The notes beneath the pieces are model-generated. The model was given only the letters and a program-made list of their open reading frames with translations, was not told the DNA's origin and searched no databases. Positions 21,534-31,830 of a DNA stretch of 64,000 nucleotides are shown one piece after another. This DNA comes from Bryobacterales bacterium. Lineage in GTDB: Bacteria > Acidobacteriota > Terriglobia > Bryobacterales > UBA6623. Positions within the stretch are counted from its first letter, which is position 1, and each line of letters begins with the position of its first letter. The stretch lies in contig OZ242366.1 of the NCBI GenBank assembly GCA_965208945.1, forward strand, positions 1,619,827 to 1,683,826, in the 5' to 3' direction. Both the position numbers and the translations under genes were made by a program.

Positions 21534-21902
21534 CTACGCCCAGTACCCCGTCATCAAGCCGAACAAGATTGCCATCAGTCCTCCCACGACGGGGAATGCC
21601 AGGAGCGTCAGAACCAGTCGCCCAAACGATCCCCGTTCGCCCGAGTGAAACGCCGTAGCGGCCTGCACGACGAGAGTCAATGCAAAGACGACGTACCCTC
21701 GAGTTCCGCCATCCAGACACCAGGGGCAATGTGGTCCCGTCGTGTGATGGATGTTGCACTGCGCCGCGGCTCCGTTCCACCAGGCCTGACAGCCACATTG
21801 ATAGAAAAGATCGCAGGCGTTGATGAACAAAAGAGAAGTGACGGTAGCTCCGGAGAGAAAGACCCCGGAACGAGCAGCGACTTTGGCGGCGACGGAATCC
21901 AT
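21534..21902 (-). CDS. hypothetical Cys-rich membrane protein (3 predicted TM segments, CPWC motif)
   Basis: 122 aa with three hydrophobic segments. The loop is ACDLFYQCGCQAWWNGAAAQCNIHHTTGPHCPWC (6 Cys). No family recognised. Confidence 0.55.
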   Translation of the reverse strand: MDSVAAKVAARSGVFLSGATVTSLLFINACDLFYQCGCQAWWNGAAAQCNIHHTTGPHCPWCLDGGTRGYVVFALTLVVQAATAFHSGERGSFGRLVLTLLAFPVVGGLMAILFGLMTGYWA

Positions 21903-21932
21903 GAGATGGATCGGCCGTGTGGTGGGGCCGAT

Positions 21933-23252
21933 CTAGACTTTCTCTGGTACGACGAAGGGCTCGCGATAGTCACGCGACAGCAGCTTGTTGGCGGCATCGC
22001 TGTTCGTGAATTTCTCGGTATTCGGATCAAACTCCAGACGCTGTTTCGTGCGATAGGAGATGTTCGCCATATGACAGAGGGCGGCGGATAAGTGCCCCTC
22101 GACGATGTCCGCGTTCAGGTCGGTGTGCTTGCGTGATTTCACGGCTTTCAAGAAGTTGTCAAAGTGTGGAAAGTAGGCCCAACGCCGCGGTTCGACATAG
22201 AACATCGACGGCCCTAACTCCCGGGTTTCGCCCAAGTGCGTTCGGAAGCCGTTGAGGTCGACCGTCATGTATCCCTTGCTACCGAGGAAAATGTTCCCGA
22301 TCGTGTTCGAACCATGCTGCATGCCGGCTTCTCCGCCGGTGATCAGCCCGCGTACCTCGAAGATCAACTGGGCATCCCCGTAGTCGAAAATTGCCTGCTG
22401 GGTATTTGGTGTCTCCTGGTCATCGTCGTTGATGAAGTGTCCGCCGGATGAGAACGCGACGGGCGGAAGCTCGTTCTTACCAAGACCCCATCGAGCAATA
22501 TCCATTTCGTGGACACCTTGGTTGCCGATGTCGCCGTTTCCGAAGGCCCAATGCCAATGCCAGTTGTAGTGGAAGCGGTTCTCTCGGAAGACAACCTTTT
22601 CGGCGGGTCCTGTCCACAGGTCGTAATCCACCCCCGGCGGAACATCGCCGGGATGCATACTGCCGATCGTCTTGCGTCGCTTGAAGCACAGGCCCTTGGC
22701 CTGATAGATCTCGCCGATGACACCGTCACGCAGCAGCTCGATTGCCTTGACCTTGTGCTCGATGCTGCGGCTCTGAGTGCCGACTTGCACCATCCGCGCG
22801 TATTTGCGTGCGGCTTCGATCATCTTCCGGCCTTCGAAGATGTTGTGGCTGGCCGGTTTTTCGACATAGACATCCTTGCCTGCCTGACAGGCCCAGATCG
22901 TCATCAGCGCGTGCCAGTGGTTCGGCGTGGCGATCGAAACGGCGTCGATCGACTTATCTTCAAGCATCTTGCGGATATTCGCGTATTCAGCCGGTTTGCG
23001 GCCCTGTTCCTTGCGGGTCGCCACCGCCGCTCGCTCCAGGACAGCCTGATCGATGTCTACCAGCGCAGCTACCTCGGCTTCGGGATGATTCACGAAGGCA
23101 GCGATATGCGACTTGCCGCGGCCCCGGAGCCCGACCACTCCCACGGCGATGCGCTCGTTGGCGCCCTTCACCCGGGAATAGGAAGCGGTGCTCAGCACAG
23201 CTGCGGCGCTGCCCGAAGACCTGATAAAACCGCGACGGTCCATGGAATTCAT
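21933..23252 (-). CDS. Gfo/Idh/MocA-family oxidoreductase with twin-arginine signal
   Basis: MNSMDRRGFIRSSGSAAAVL (Tat signal), then IAVGVVGLRGRGKSH (Rossmann fold). The start was moved to ATG 23252. Confidence 0.88.
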   Translation of the reverse strand: MNSMDRRGFIRSSGSAAAVLSTASYSRVKGANERIAVGVVGLRGRGKSHIAAFVNHPEAEVAALVDIDQAVLERAAVATRKEQGRKPAEYANIRKMLEDKSIDAVSIATPNHWHALMTIWACQAGKDVYVEKPASHNIFEGRKMIEAARKYARMVQVGTQSRSIEHKVKAIELLRDGVIGEIYQAKGLCFKRRKTIGSMHPGDVPPGVDYDLWTGPAEKVVFRENRFHYNWHWHWAFGNGDIGNQGVHEMDIARWGLGKNELPPVAFSSGGHFINDDDQETPNTQQAIFDYGDAQLIFEVRGLITGGEAGMQHGSNTIGNIFLGSKGYMTVDLNGFRTHLGETRELGPSMFYVEPRRWAYFPHFDNFLKAVKSRKHTDLNADIVEGHLSAALCHMANISYRTKQRLEFDPNTEKFTNSDAANKLLSRDYREPFVVPEKV

Positions 23253-23358
23253 TGCAATGCCTCCGGCCTGAACGGTTGGCTGCCCCCTGCGCGCAGCCGC
23301 AGGGGGGTACCTCCAAAGCTTAGCATGGGCTCCGAGGCCTTCTTGAGGAGTTGTTGAG

Positions 23359-23840
23359 CTACTCTGCGAATTCCTCCCGGAGCCGTTTCCATGTTTTCGA
23401 AAGAGTTTCCGGCAGAACCCTCGTTTCACCGATGACCGTAACGAAGTTTGTATCGGCCGGCCAGTGAGGGGGAACGTGCATGTGGATATGGTTTGCTACA
23501 TCGGTGCCGGTAGCCTCGTCCATGCTCATCCCGAAGTTGATTCCTGCAGCGCGATACAGCCGGCGCAGCGACGCTTACAGCCGACCGGTCGGGGCCATCA
23601 CCTCTCCCGGCACTTCCGTCGGACATTCTTCGGGCTTCGCGCAATGCCTGTTCGGAACAGCCATGGCATGTCCGTTCGCTTAGGGATTGCGATTCAGGAA
23701 TACGAAGTTCTCGCAAGCTCGATGAACGACATAGTTGTCGGCGTCATTCTCTGATTGAAGAATGTGACAGAAGACACACCCCTTTTCCGCAGTCTCCTGC
23801 TTGAGTAGTCGTAGCGCCAGGGACTCCAGAGACGACCCAT
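23359..23840 (-). pseudogene. HIT-family (Ap4A phosphorylase-like) gene disrupted by one frameshift and two in-frame TAA
   Basis: Three frame pieces read MGRLWSPWRYDYS.., then GCVFCHILQSENDADNYVVHRACENFVFLNRNP*ANGHAMAVPNRHCAKPEECPTEVPGEVMAPTGRL*ASLRRLYRAAGINFGMSMDEATGTDVANHIHMHVPPHWPADTNFVTVIGETRVLPE. The HxHxH histidine triad is retained, but the reading frame is broken three times. Confidence 0.75.
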
Positions 23841-23877
23841 CGGGCAGCCGCCACCTGTTCGGCCTGCGGTCGTGTGA

Positions 23878-24225
23878 TCAGAGAAGCGGGTCGGCGGGTG
23901 GCGTGTGCGAGGAGAGGTCTCCAGTGATCGGTTCCGCAGCGGGCACGGCGCCACCGTTCACAACGTCGCGTAGTTCCTTGCTGGGTTTGAAGAATGGGAT
24001 AGTTTTGGGTGGCACCTCGACTCTTTCGCCGGATTTTGGATTCCGCCCGATGCGCCCTTGCCGCTCCCGTGTTCGAAAACTTCCGAAACCACGAATCTCG
24101 ACCTTCTCACCTTGACGGAGAGACCTCACGACGCTGTCGAGAATCGTTTCGACGATGACCTCGGATTCCTTTCGCGTCACCTCGACGACGCGAGAAACTT
24201 CCTCGATCAAGTCCGCTTTGGTCAT
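23878..24225 (-). CDS. HU/IHF-family DNA-binding protein (IHF-like)
   Basis: MTKADLIEEVS...GEKVEIRGFGSFRTRERQGRIGRNPKSGERVEVPPKTIPFFKPSKELR. Confidence 0.92.
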   Translation of the reverse strand: MTKADLIEEVSRVVEVTRKESEVIVETILDSVVRSLRQGEKVEIRGFGSFRTRERQGRIGRNPKSGERVEVPPKTIPFFKPSKELRDVVNGGAVPAAEPITGDLSSHTPPADPLL

Positions 24226-24416
24226 CTCTGAAAACTCTCCGCTGCTCAGCGTGAACCAGCCCCCATGCCTACGGAATGCATCCTACCATGACTGACTCGG
24301 CAAGATGGGTTCAGGCAGGTGCTATACCGCCGTATGGCATCGGTTATCTCCATCTTTCGCCTGATCAGACTGCGCAACGAATCGAGCGGTCGCTATCGTT
24401 GCGTTCTCCCGAGCCG

Positions 24417-26192
24417 TCAGACTTCGATCTTCGCAACAGCTTCTGCAGGCTCGGAGATTGCAGACGCGTCCTCGACGTGTCTGCGACTAAGGCCGATGCG
24501 GCGTTCGAACTCGTCGATCTTGATGATGCGAAACGAGTAGCTCTCGCCGACTTCGAGTCCCTTTTTCTTGCGGCCTGAGCCCTTGGCGATCTCCAGGTTG
24601 TGGCAAAGCCCTTCGACGCCTGCCGCAAGCTCAACGAAGCAGCCGAATTTCGCCTTGCGAGTGACTCGCCCGACTACCGTATCACCCAGCCCATAGGAAC
24701 TAAAAAACGTTTCCCATACGTTGGGCTGAAGCTGCTTGAGACCGAGCGAAAGGCGGCGGTTCTCTCGATCGATGTGCAAGACCACTGCGGGTACGGATTC
24801 GCCCTTCTTGAGGACTTCCTGAGGGCTTTTGATTTTGCGGTCCCAGGAGAGGTCGGAGGCATGGATGAGACCATCAACTCCTTCTTCGATCTCGACGAAG
24901 GCGCCGTACGGGGCCAAGTTGCGAACCCGCCCCTCGACGACCGTGCCCACGGGGAGTCTCTCTTCCAGCGCGGACCAGGGATCGGGCTCAAGACGCTTCA
25001 CGCTGATGGAAATGCGGCGCTCGGCGTGCTTTACGTCGAGGACGATCACTTCGATCGGATCGCCGACTTTGTAGAGCTTGGAGGGGTGCCGGCAGCGTCT
25101 CGACCAAGTGAGCTCCGAAACATGGACCAAGCCCTCGACACCTGACTCCAATTCAACAAAAACACCATAGTCACTCAAGCCGGCTACCTTCCCGGCTACC
25201 ATCCCACCCGTTTTGTAGCGCTCTCCGACTCCGTCCCACGGGTCGGGCTTCATGTGTTTCAAGCTGAGCGAGACTTTTTCCTTTTCGGCGTCGAAGTGGA
25301 GAACCTTCGCTTGGATCTCCTGTCCCTTATGCAGGATCTCGGATGGTCCTTTAAACCGGCCATAGGAGATGTCGGTGACGTGAATCATCCCGTCAATGCC
25401 GCCTAGATCAACGAAAGCGCCGTAGTCGGTCACGTTTTTGACGGTTCCCGTAACGACGGCCCCTGCCGTCAGTTGCTGAAGGGTCTCTTGCTTGAGGCGC
25501 TGACGTTCCTCTTCGAGAATGCTGCGCCGCGACACAACTACGTTGCCCCTGCGCTTGTTGGTCTTGACAACCCGCACCGCAATCGACCGGCCGACGAGAG
25601 CGTCCAGGTCCCGGACCGGTCTTAGGTCGATTTGCGAACTCGGCAGAAAAGCCGAAATACCGAGATCGACCGCCAGGCCTCCTTTGACCCGCCCGGTGAC
25701 TTGTCCGTGGATCGGCTCCCGGGTTGTCTCCGCTTCTTCGATGATGGACCAGATGCGTGCTTGCAGCGCGCGGCGGTAGGAGAGCGCTGCATATTCGCCA
25801 CCCTCGGCTTGGGTTTGGACAAAAACCTCGATTTCGTCACCCTCTTTGACGATGATGTCGCCCGCCGCATCTCGGAAATCATCGATGGGTGCCAAGCCTT
25901 CCGTCTTTCCCCCAATGTCGATGATCACACCGGCTGGACCGATGCTCACGACGAGGCCCTGGCAGATCTCACCCGGACGCACGTCCCGCAGGTCGTCGTG
26001 TCCCTCGCTCAACTCACCGAGTTCAGAGGGATGAGGCGGGTTGTCTTCGGTCTCGCCAGCCGAATTCGGTTCGGTCGGCATCCCCGGCATTCCCGGCTTG
26101 ATGGATTCGGATGGCCCTTGGAGCGCGGCAACAGGTAACGTCTTGGTTGGCAACTCGCCGCCACGGTCGAAAACATCCGGTTCGCTTGCCAT
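24417..26192 (-). CDS. rpsA: 30S ribosomal protein S1
   Basis: 591 aa with repeated S1/OB domains (G.V..V..YGAFV.L..G.EGL.H.S), preceded by a ~75-aa acidic/Pro-rich N-terminal extension. Confidence 0.94.
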   Translation of the reverse strand: MASEPDVFDRGGELPTKTLPVAALQGPSESIKPGMPGMPTEPNSAGETEDNPPHPSELGELSEGHDDLRDVRPGEICQGLVVSIGPAGVIIDIGGKTEGLAPIDDFRDAAGDIIVKEGDEIEVFVQTQAEGGEYAALSYRRALQARIWSIIEEAETTREPIHGQVTGRVKGGLAVDLGISAFLPSSQIDLRPVRDLDALVGRSIAVRVVKTNKRRGNVVVSRRSILEEERQRLKQETLQQLTAGAVVTGTVKNVTDYGAFVDLGGIDGMIHVTDISYGRFKGPSEILHKGQEIQAKVLHFDAEKEKVSLSLKHMKPDPWDGVGERYKTGGMVAGKVAGLSDYGVFVELESGVEGLVHVSELTWSRRCRHPSKLYKVGDPIEVIVLDVKHAERRISISVKRLEPDPWSALEERLPVGTVVEGRVRNLAPYGAFVEIEEGVDGLIHASDLSWDRKIKSPQEVLKKGESVPAVVLHIDRENRRLSLGLKQLQPNVWETFFSSYGLGDTVVGRVTRKAKFGCFVELAAGVEGLCHNLEIAKGSGRKKKGLEVGESYSFRIIKIDEFERRIGLSRRHVEDASAISEPAEAVAKIEV

Positions 26193-26475
26193 CTCCCCTT
26201 CTGTGCGGCCCTGTTGGCGATTGGCGGCTGCGGAGGCCGGGCTCCTCCAAGGTACTGTTCCGCTCGGGCGGTGTTGCGGCCAGCCCGGTGCTTGTCAAGA
26301 ACTACCTTTGAAAACCGAGACCGACAATAGGTCTTATGCAGAACTCATACTAGCGCGAAGTCCCCCGAAAACACGCTAGATGCGAAATCCTAACCTCTGT
26401 CGGATCACTATAGCCAACACCCGGGTTCATGTCAACGGACCGTGTGCGGTGCCTTACAAGGACGGTTGCCGCGCG

Positions 26476-27552
26476 TTAGGCGGCTTCTGCTGATGGTTCC
26501 GCCGCGGCTTTTGGCTGTGGGCGTTGCTCACGCAGACTCTCGCTGTAGCCTTTGAGAAAGCCGACCGCCGTGGCAACGACCAGTGGCCCGACGACCACGC
26601 CGATGAAGCCGAACACCTGGATGCCCCCGAACACGCCAACGAACACCAGAAGAGCGTTTAGTTGCGCCCGTCCGGCAATCAAGATGGGCCGCACCAAATT
26701 GTCGGCTCCGCTGATGATGATGAAACCCAGAATCAACAGCAAGGCGCCACGACCCATTTGGCCACTGACGATAAGGCCGATCCCTGCAGGAGCCCAAATC
26801 AGCCAAGGGCCCACCACAGGGAGGAAGGCCAGGAAGCCAGAGATGCATCCCCAGAAAACAGCCGACGGTATGCCGATCAGCCAGAAGATGAGACCCGACA
26901 GAAAGCCTTGTATGACCGCGACCATCAAGCCGCTCGAGATCGTCACTGAAATCAACTCAACGACTTCCGCCATCATGCGTTCGCGGTGCCGGGCGCCCAT
27001 CGGAGCGACTTCCTTCAGCATCTGCAGGACATTACGGCCGTCACGGAACAGGTAGAACAGCGCCAGCACCATGACAACCAGGTCAATGATCCAGCCGGCG
27101 ACGTTTCCTGCGAGGCGCGCCGACCCCTCAGCGAGAAATGTGGCCGCTCGCTGTGACAAGTTGCGCACGATGGTGTCGAAGTCACCGAGCGGGATCGGCG
27201 ACTGCGCGAGATAGTTGTCGAAGAACTCCTTGGCCCGCGGGAGCACCTCGACGGTTGGCACCGTTCTCACAACAGCGAGAGCTTCTCTGACGAAGGCCGG
27301 AACCAGCCAGCCGAGAGGGACGAGGATCACCAGGGACACAAAACAGGCCGACGTGAACGCCGCCAGATTCGCACTTTGAATGTTGCGGCAGGCCATCCGA
27401 TGCAGCGGAAACGCGAAGATGCTCAGCACTGTGGCCGAAACAAGAGCCGCCAGGAACGGTTTGCTGACCAGATACAGGCAATAGACAACCAGCCCCGACA
27501 GACTCCACATGATGGCGCTCTGAACGAGTTCCGTGTTGGCGCGTTCTGGCAT
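26476..27552 (-). CDS. AI-2E (PerM/UPF0118) family transporter
   Basis: 358-aa polytopic protein with the characteristic C-terminal FLPVVGPWLIWAPAG block. Confidence 0.87.
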   Translation of the reverse strand: MPERANTELVQSAIMWSLSGLVVYCLYLVSKPFLAALVSATVLSIFAFPLHRMACRNIQSANLAAFTSACFVSLVILVPLGWLVPAFVREALAVVRTVPTVEVLPRAKEFFDNYLAQSPIPLGDFDTIVRNLSQRAATFLAEGSARLAGNVAGWIIDLVVMVLALFYLFRDGRNVLQMLKEVAPMGARHRERMMAEVVELISVTISSGLMVAVIQGFLSGLIFWLIGIPSAVFWGCISGFLAFLPVVGPWLIWAPAGIGLIVSGQMGRGALLLILGFIIISGADNLVRPILIAGRAQLNALLVFVGVFGGIQVFGFIGVVVGPLVVATAVGFLKGYSESLREQRPQPKAAAEPSAEAA

Positions 27553-27592
27553 CTGAGTAGACTATTATCCTCAATTGCCGCCTGGGCGCTGC

Positions 27593-29044
27593 TTATTTGC
27601 GCCAGAAAGCCGGGGTCAGAATCACCAGGACTGTGTAGAACTCGAGCCGGCCCGCGATCATGCATCCGCTCAGCACCCACTTGGCGAGCGCGGGAAGATG
27701 AGCATAGTTGTCGAGCGGACCGACCCCTCCGAGCCCCGGACCGATATTGAACATCGAAGCCGCTACGGCCGCAATGGATGTCAGGACATCAACGCCCATC
27801 GCCGCCAATAACAGGCACGAGGCGAAATTCACAACAAACGCGAGGTAGATCAGGTTCAACAGACTTTGTATGGTTCCTTCCGGGATCACGGCGCCGCCCA
27901 GCCGCACGGAAAAAACCCCGCGCGGCTCCACCATCCTCCTGAACTCCCGATCGACCACTTTGGACAGCAAGAGGATGCGCGCAACCTTCAGACCTCCGGC
28001 CGTTGACCCGGTGCACCCCCCCACGAACATAAGCGCCAACAACATGAGTTGCGCCAACGGATGCCAGACCTCGAAGTCATCCGTGACGAACCCCGTCGTG
28101 GTGATGATCGTGCTGACCTGAAACAACGAGCTTCGGAAGGCGCTCTCGATCGCGTAGCCGTGGTGGAGAACGAGAAGTACGGCAATGACGAGGGTCGAAA
28201 CCACGACCAGCAGCACGTATGAGCGGATTTCAACATCAGCCAGAAACCTTCCCGGTCTGCGCTGGATCCAAAGCCGATACTGCTGCGCGAAGCTGATGCC
28301 CGCGAGCAGCATGAAGAGAATGATCAGGTATTCGACAACAGGGCTTGCGAATCCAGCGATACTGGACTTTCTCGTGGAAAAGCCACCGGTGCCGAGCGTC
28401 GAGAAGGTGTGGCACATCGCTTCATAAGCATCCATGCCCGCAAGCCACAGCACAAAATACAGAACGAGCGTCAGGCTGAAGTAGATCTTCCCCAAGGAGC
28501 GTGCCGTCTCGGCGATTCGAGGTTTGAGCTTCTCGGACGTGGCGCCCGAAAACTCGGCTCGATACAGATGCATGCCGCCGTGCCCTACCAGAGGCAAGAT
28601 GGCAATGCCCAACAGGACGATTCCCATTCCGCCCAGCCAGTGAGAGAAGCAACGCCAAAGCTGCAGGGTCGGCGTCAACGCTTCGATGTCTCCGAGCACG
28701 GTCGCACCGGTCGTCGTGAATCCCGAAGTCGACTCGAACACGGCGTCGGTGAACGTTTCGAAGTTCGGGGAAAACAGGAAAGGGAGACTCCCGAAAAAGG
28801 AGATACATGCCCAGACCGCTACGACGAGCAGCAAGCCTTCGCGCTGACTCAACTCGCGCTCGGGCCGTGGCGAGAAGATGAACAGAATCGCTCCGGCGCT
28901 CGCTGTCGTACACAATGCCCAAGCCATCGTCATGGCGTCGGGCGCTCCCGACAACAGGCCGTATGTTAGTGGAAGAAGCATCGCGCCCGCGAATGCGAGC
29001 AGGAACTGACCGAGAACATACGTGATCGCCGAACGGTGGATCAA
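27593..29044 (-). CDS. trkH: Trk-type potassium uptake protein, membrane subunit
   Basis: 483 aa with repeated M1-P-M2 motifs (SGFTTTGATV, STLGTGGFS, TIITTTGFV, GGCTGSTAGGLK). 4-nt overlap with trkA. Confidence 0.92.
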   Translation of the reverse strand: MIHRSAITYVLGQFLLAFAGAMLLPLTYGLLSGAPDAMTMAWALCTTASAGAILFIFSPRPERELSQREGLLLVVAVWACISFFGSLPFLFSPNFETFTDAVFESTSGFTTTGATVLGDIEALTPTLQLWRCFSHWLGGMGIVLLGIAILPLVGHGGMHLYRAEFSGATSEKLKPRIAETARSLGKIYFSLTLVLYFVLWLAGMDAYEAMCHTFSTLGTGGFSTRKSSIAGFASPVVEYLIILFMLLAGISFAQQYRLWIQRRPGRFLADVEIRSYVLLVVVSTLVIAVLLVLHHGYAIESAFRSSLFQVSTIITTTGFVTDDFEVWHPLAQLMLLALMFVGGCTGSTAGGLKVARILLLSKVVDREFRRMVEPRGVFSVRLGGAVIPEGTIQSLLNLIYLAFVVNFASCLLLAAMGVDVLTSIAAVAASMFNIGPGLGGVGPLDNYAHLPALAKWVLSGCMIAGRLEFYTVLVILTPAFWRK

Positions 29045-30423
29045 CCGACTTTCCTATGGCGTTTGGGCTCAGCGAGGAAGGCGCTCTCCAGTTCGGGAAC
29101 CACACTTTCCAGAGTGAAGAAAATGACGCGGTCGCCGTCCTGAATCGTAGCTTCTCCACGGGGAACGATCACTTGGCCCGTCGGACGGGCGATCGCCCCG
29201 ACGATGGCGCCTCGGGGAAAACGGATGTGGCGCAACTGCTTGCCCACGTACTTCGAGCGCGGTGCGGCGATCAGCTCGATCGCCTCGGCCTCTTCCTCGC
29301 GGAATGTCGTGACGGACAGGACGCGCCCTTTGCGCACGAACTGCAGCGCGCGGTCGACCGCCTCGAGACGTGGGCTGACTGACGTATTGATGCCGAGCCG
29401 CTGCACCATGGGTAGGTAATTGAGCCGATTGATCAGAGGCACTACCTTCTTCGCCCCCAACCTCCGTGCGAGGAGCGAGGCGATGATGTTGTCCTCATCG
29501 TCATTGCTCAAGGCCAGGAACGCGTCCACGCCTTCGATGTTCTCTTCTTCGAGCGTTGTCTGATCGGTGCCGTCGCCATGAATGACGACGGTCTTTTTGA
29601 GGATCGTCGAGATCTTTTCGCATCGCGCCGCGTCTTGCTCGAAGAGCTTGACGTTGACGCCTTTCTTCTCGAGTACCTCAGCCACGCCGATCCCGAGTTG
29701 CTTGCCTCCGACAACGAAGACGCGCGAGATCGATTCTCTGTGCTCCAGCCCCATGAAGCGGAGTACATCGGTCAGGTTCTGCTGCGTGGCCATGATATAG
29801 ATGTGATCCCCGGTCCGGAGGAGCTCCTCACCGTGGGGAATGATCACCTGTTGGCCTCGAAAGATCAGAGCGATCAATGAATCTTTGGGTGGCCCAGCCT
29901 GGTCCAGTTGTTCGAGCGTTTTCCCGTTGAACCAACTGTCGGCATCAACGTTCATCCCGAAGAGCTTCACGGCTCCGCCTGCAAAATCATAAATATCGGA
30001 GACGCCGGGAACACCCACCACGCGCATGATGCGCTCGGCGATGCTGCTTTCCGGATGGATGATCAAGTCGATCTTGAGACCGACCTGTTCGCTGACGCGG
30101 CGCCAGTGCTCGACTTCGTGGGTGCGAATGCGGGCAATCTTGACAAGGTGTCCGGCTTCGGCCTGTGCGATCACGCAGGCCAGCAGATTGGATTCATCCG
30201 AGTTCGTTGCCGCAATGAACATGTCGGCTTCGCCCAAACCGGCTCTCCGCAAGGTTGACACGCGGGAGGCATTGCCCTGCACGATCTTGGCGTCGAGCAG
30301 GTCCTGCAACTGCTCGCTGCGGTTCTTGTTCTCTTCGACAACGACAACTTCGTTACCCTCACGCGCCAGTCGGCGTGCGATCAGCATGGCGACTTGACCA
30401 CCGCCTGCAATGACGACCTTCAT
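29041..30423 (-). CDS. trkA: Trk system NAD-binding subunit
   Basis: MKVVIAGGGQVA... and a second VFVVGGKQLG Rossmann module, plus two RCK_C domains. Confidence 0.93.
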   Translation of the reverse strand: MKVVIAGGGQVAMLIARRLAREGNEVVVVEENKNRSEQLQDLLDAKIVQGNASRVSTLRRAGLGEADMFIAATNSDESNLLACVIAQAEAGHLVKIARIRTHEVEHWRRVSEQVGLKIDLIIHPESSIAERIMRVVGVPGVSDIYDFAGGAVKLFGMNVDADSWFNGKTLEQLDQAGPPKDSLIALIFRGQQVIIPHGEELLRTGDHIYIMATQQNLTDVLRFMGLEHRESISRVFVVGGKQLGIGVAEVLEKKGVNVKLFEQDAARCEKISTILKKTVVIHGDGTDQTTLEEENIEGVDAFLALSNDDEDNIIASLLARRLGAKKVVPLINRLNYLPMVQRLGINTSVSPRLEAVDRALQFVRKGRVLSVTTFREEEAEAIELIAAPRSKYVGKQLRHIRFPRGAIVGAIARPTGQVIVPRGEATIQDGDRVIFFTLESVVPELESAFLAEPKRHRKVG

Positions 30424-30508
30424 TGGATGACGATTACCTGACTACGAGACTAGCACGGGTTCCGATCACGAAATCAGGTTCTTTCGGCAGCGCGGGAAAC
30501 ACGTCGGA

Positions 30509-31810
30509 TCAACTCTCTGATAGCGCTTCGTTCAGAAACGCTTCACAACGGCTTGCAGCGGCAAGAACGAGGTCCTCACGGTCTCTCGGCCCCACGACCT
30601 GGCAGCCCAACGGTAAGCCGTTCTCCGTGCGTCCGAACGGCAGCGACAGAGCGGGTAAGCCCATCGCCGTGATTGGCGCGTTACACCGAGGGTCTCCCGT
30701 GGATGCCAGTCCTTGGGGGGCCGGCCCCGGTGCGGAGGGGATCAACCAGAGCGCTCCATCCCTTGTTGATTCCTCAAACTCGCTACGGGCTGCGGCGACC
30801 GTATCCAACGCCTGACCATAGACTTCGTCGGGCAACGCGAGCCCGTCTTCGACGAGCGCTGCCAGCTTCGTGCCGATTGCCTCGGCATGCTCAAAATAGC
30901 GCTCGCGGTTCTCTCTCGCACCCTCGTAGTTGTTGATCGTCCGAGCTGCCCGCAACAGACCACGGAAGCCCTCGGCCAAAGACCGTTGCTCGATCTGTAC
31001 CCCCGCCGTGCGTAGCCGTTCGAGCAACATTCCAAACCCGCTTTCCATCTCAGGCTCCAAGCCGTCTTCGATGGGCCAGGGGACATTGATAAACTTCAGC
31101 GGTTCGCTCCGAGTCTCGTCCCTCCCATCGCCATCGATCGCCGACCAGAGTAGAGCCATGTCGGCAACCGTCCTGGTGAAGAATCCGGCATGGTCGAGAC
31201 TCTTCGCGAACGGCATGACACCCCCCAACGGCAAGCGGTTGAATGTTGGCTTGAAGCCCACCACGCCGCAGAACGAAGCCGGCCGTAGTACTGACCCCAT
31301 CGTCTGACTACCGATGGAGAACGGTACCATCCCCGCGGCGACAGCAGCCGCCGACCCGCTGGACGAACCTCCGGGCGTGTGTGCCGAGTTGTGCGGATTC
31401 CGGGTCGGCCCTGGATCGAAGTAGGCATAGGCTGTCGTATGCGTCTTGCCCAACACGATCGCTCCCGCTGCGCGCAGTTGCCGGACAAGCGCCGCATCCT
31501 CCGCCGGGACACGGCCTTTGTGTAGCGGCGAGCCCCACTCCGTCGGCATCCCCGCAGTGTCGAAGATATCCTTCACTCCGAACGGGAAGCCATGCAGTGG
31601 CCCGCAGGGACCCTTCCGGGCGAACTCGTGATCGAGCTTCCTTGCCTCCCTGAGCGCCTCGTCGCGCGCAACGTAAGCCCAGGCCTCGATGCGTTTGTCT
31701 TCCGATTCGATACGGTCCAGGCAATCATCTATCAGATCGGCTGCCGCCAGATCGCCGGCCTTCAGCCGAAGGCGCAGGTTCGACAGGGATTCCTCGGTGG
31801 ATACAGGCAT
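30509..31810 (-). CDS. amidase (amidase-signature family)
   Basis: GGSSSGSAAAVAAGM and the GLKPT-like FKPTFNRLP blocks. Confidence 0.9.
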   Translation of the reverse strand: MPVSTEESLSNLRLRLKAGDLAAADLIDDCLDRIESEDKRIEAWAYVARDEALREARKLDHEFARKGPCGPLHGFPFGVKDIFDTAGMPTEWGSPLHKGRVPAEDAALVRQLRAAGAIVLGKTHTTAYAYFDPGPTRNPHNSAHTPGGSSSGSAAAVAAGMVPFSIGSQTMGSVLRPASFCGVVGFKPTFNRLPLGGVMPFAKSLDHAGFFTRTVADMALLWSAIDGDGRDETRSEPLKFINVPWPIEDGLEPEMESGFGMLLERLRTAGVQIEQRSLAEGFRGLLRAARTINNYEGARENRERYFEHAEAIGTKLAALVEDGLALPDEVYGQALDTVAAARSEFEESTRDGALWLIPSAPGPAPQGLASTGDPRCNAPITAMGLPALSLPFGRTENGLPLGCQVVGPRDREDLVLAAASRCEAFLNEALSES

Positions 31811-31830
31811 GAGAGGTTGAACCCCCTGGT

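Noticed and set aside
24330-24416. Hairpin cgcaacga-N15-tcgttgcg downstream of rpsA as an intrinsic terminator.
   Set aside because: No U-run follows on the transcribed (minus) strand and the loop is large. Too weak to call.
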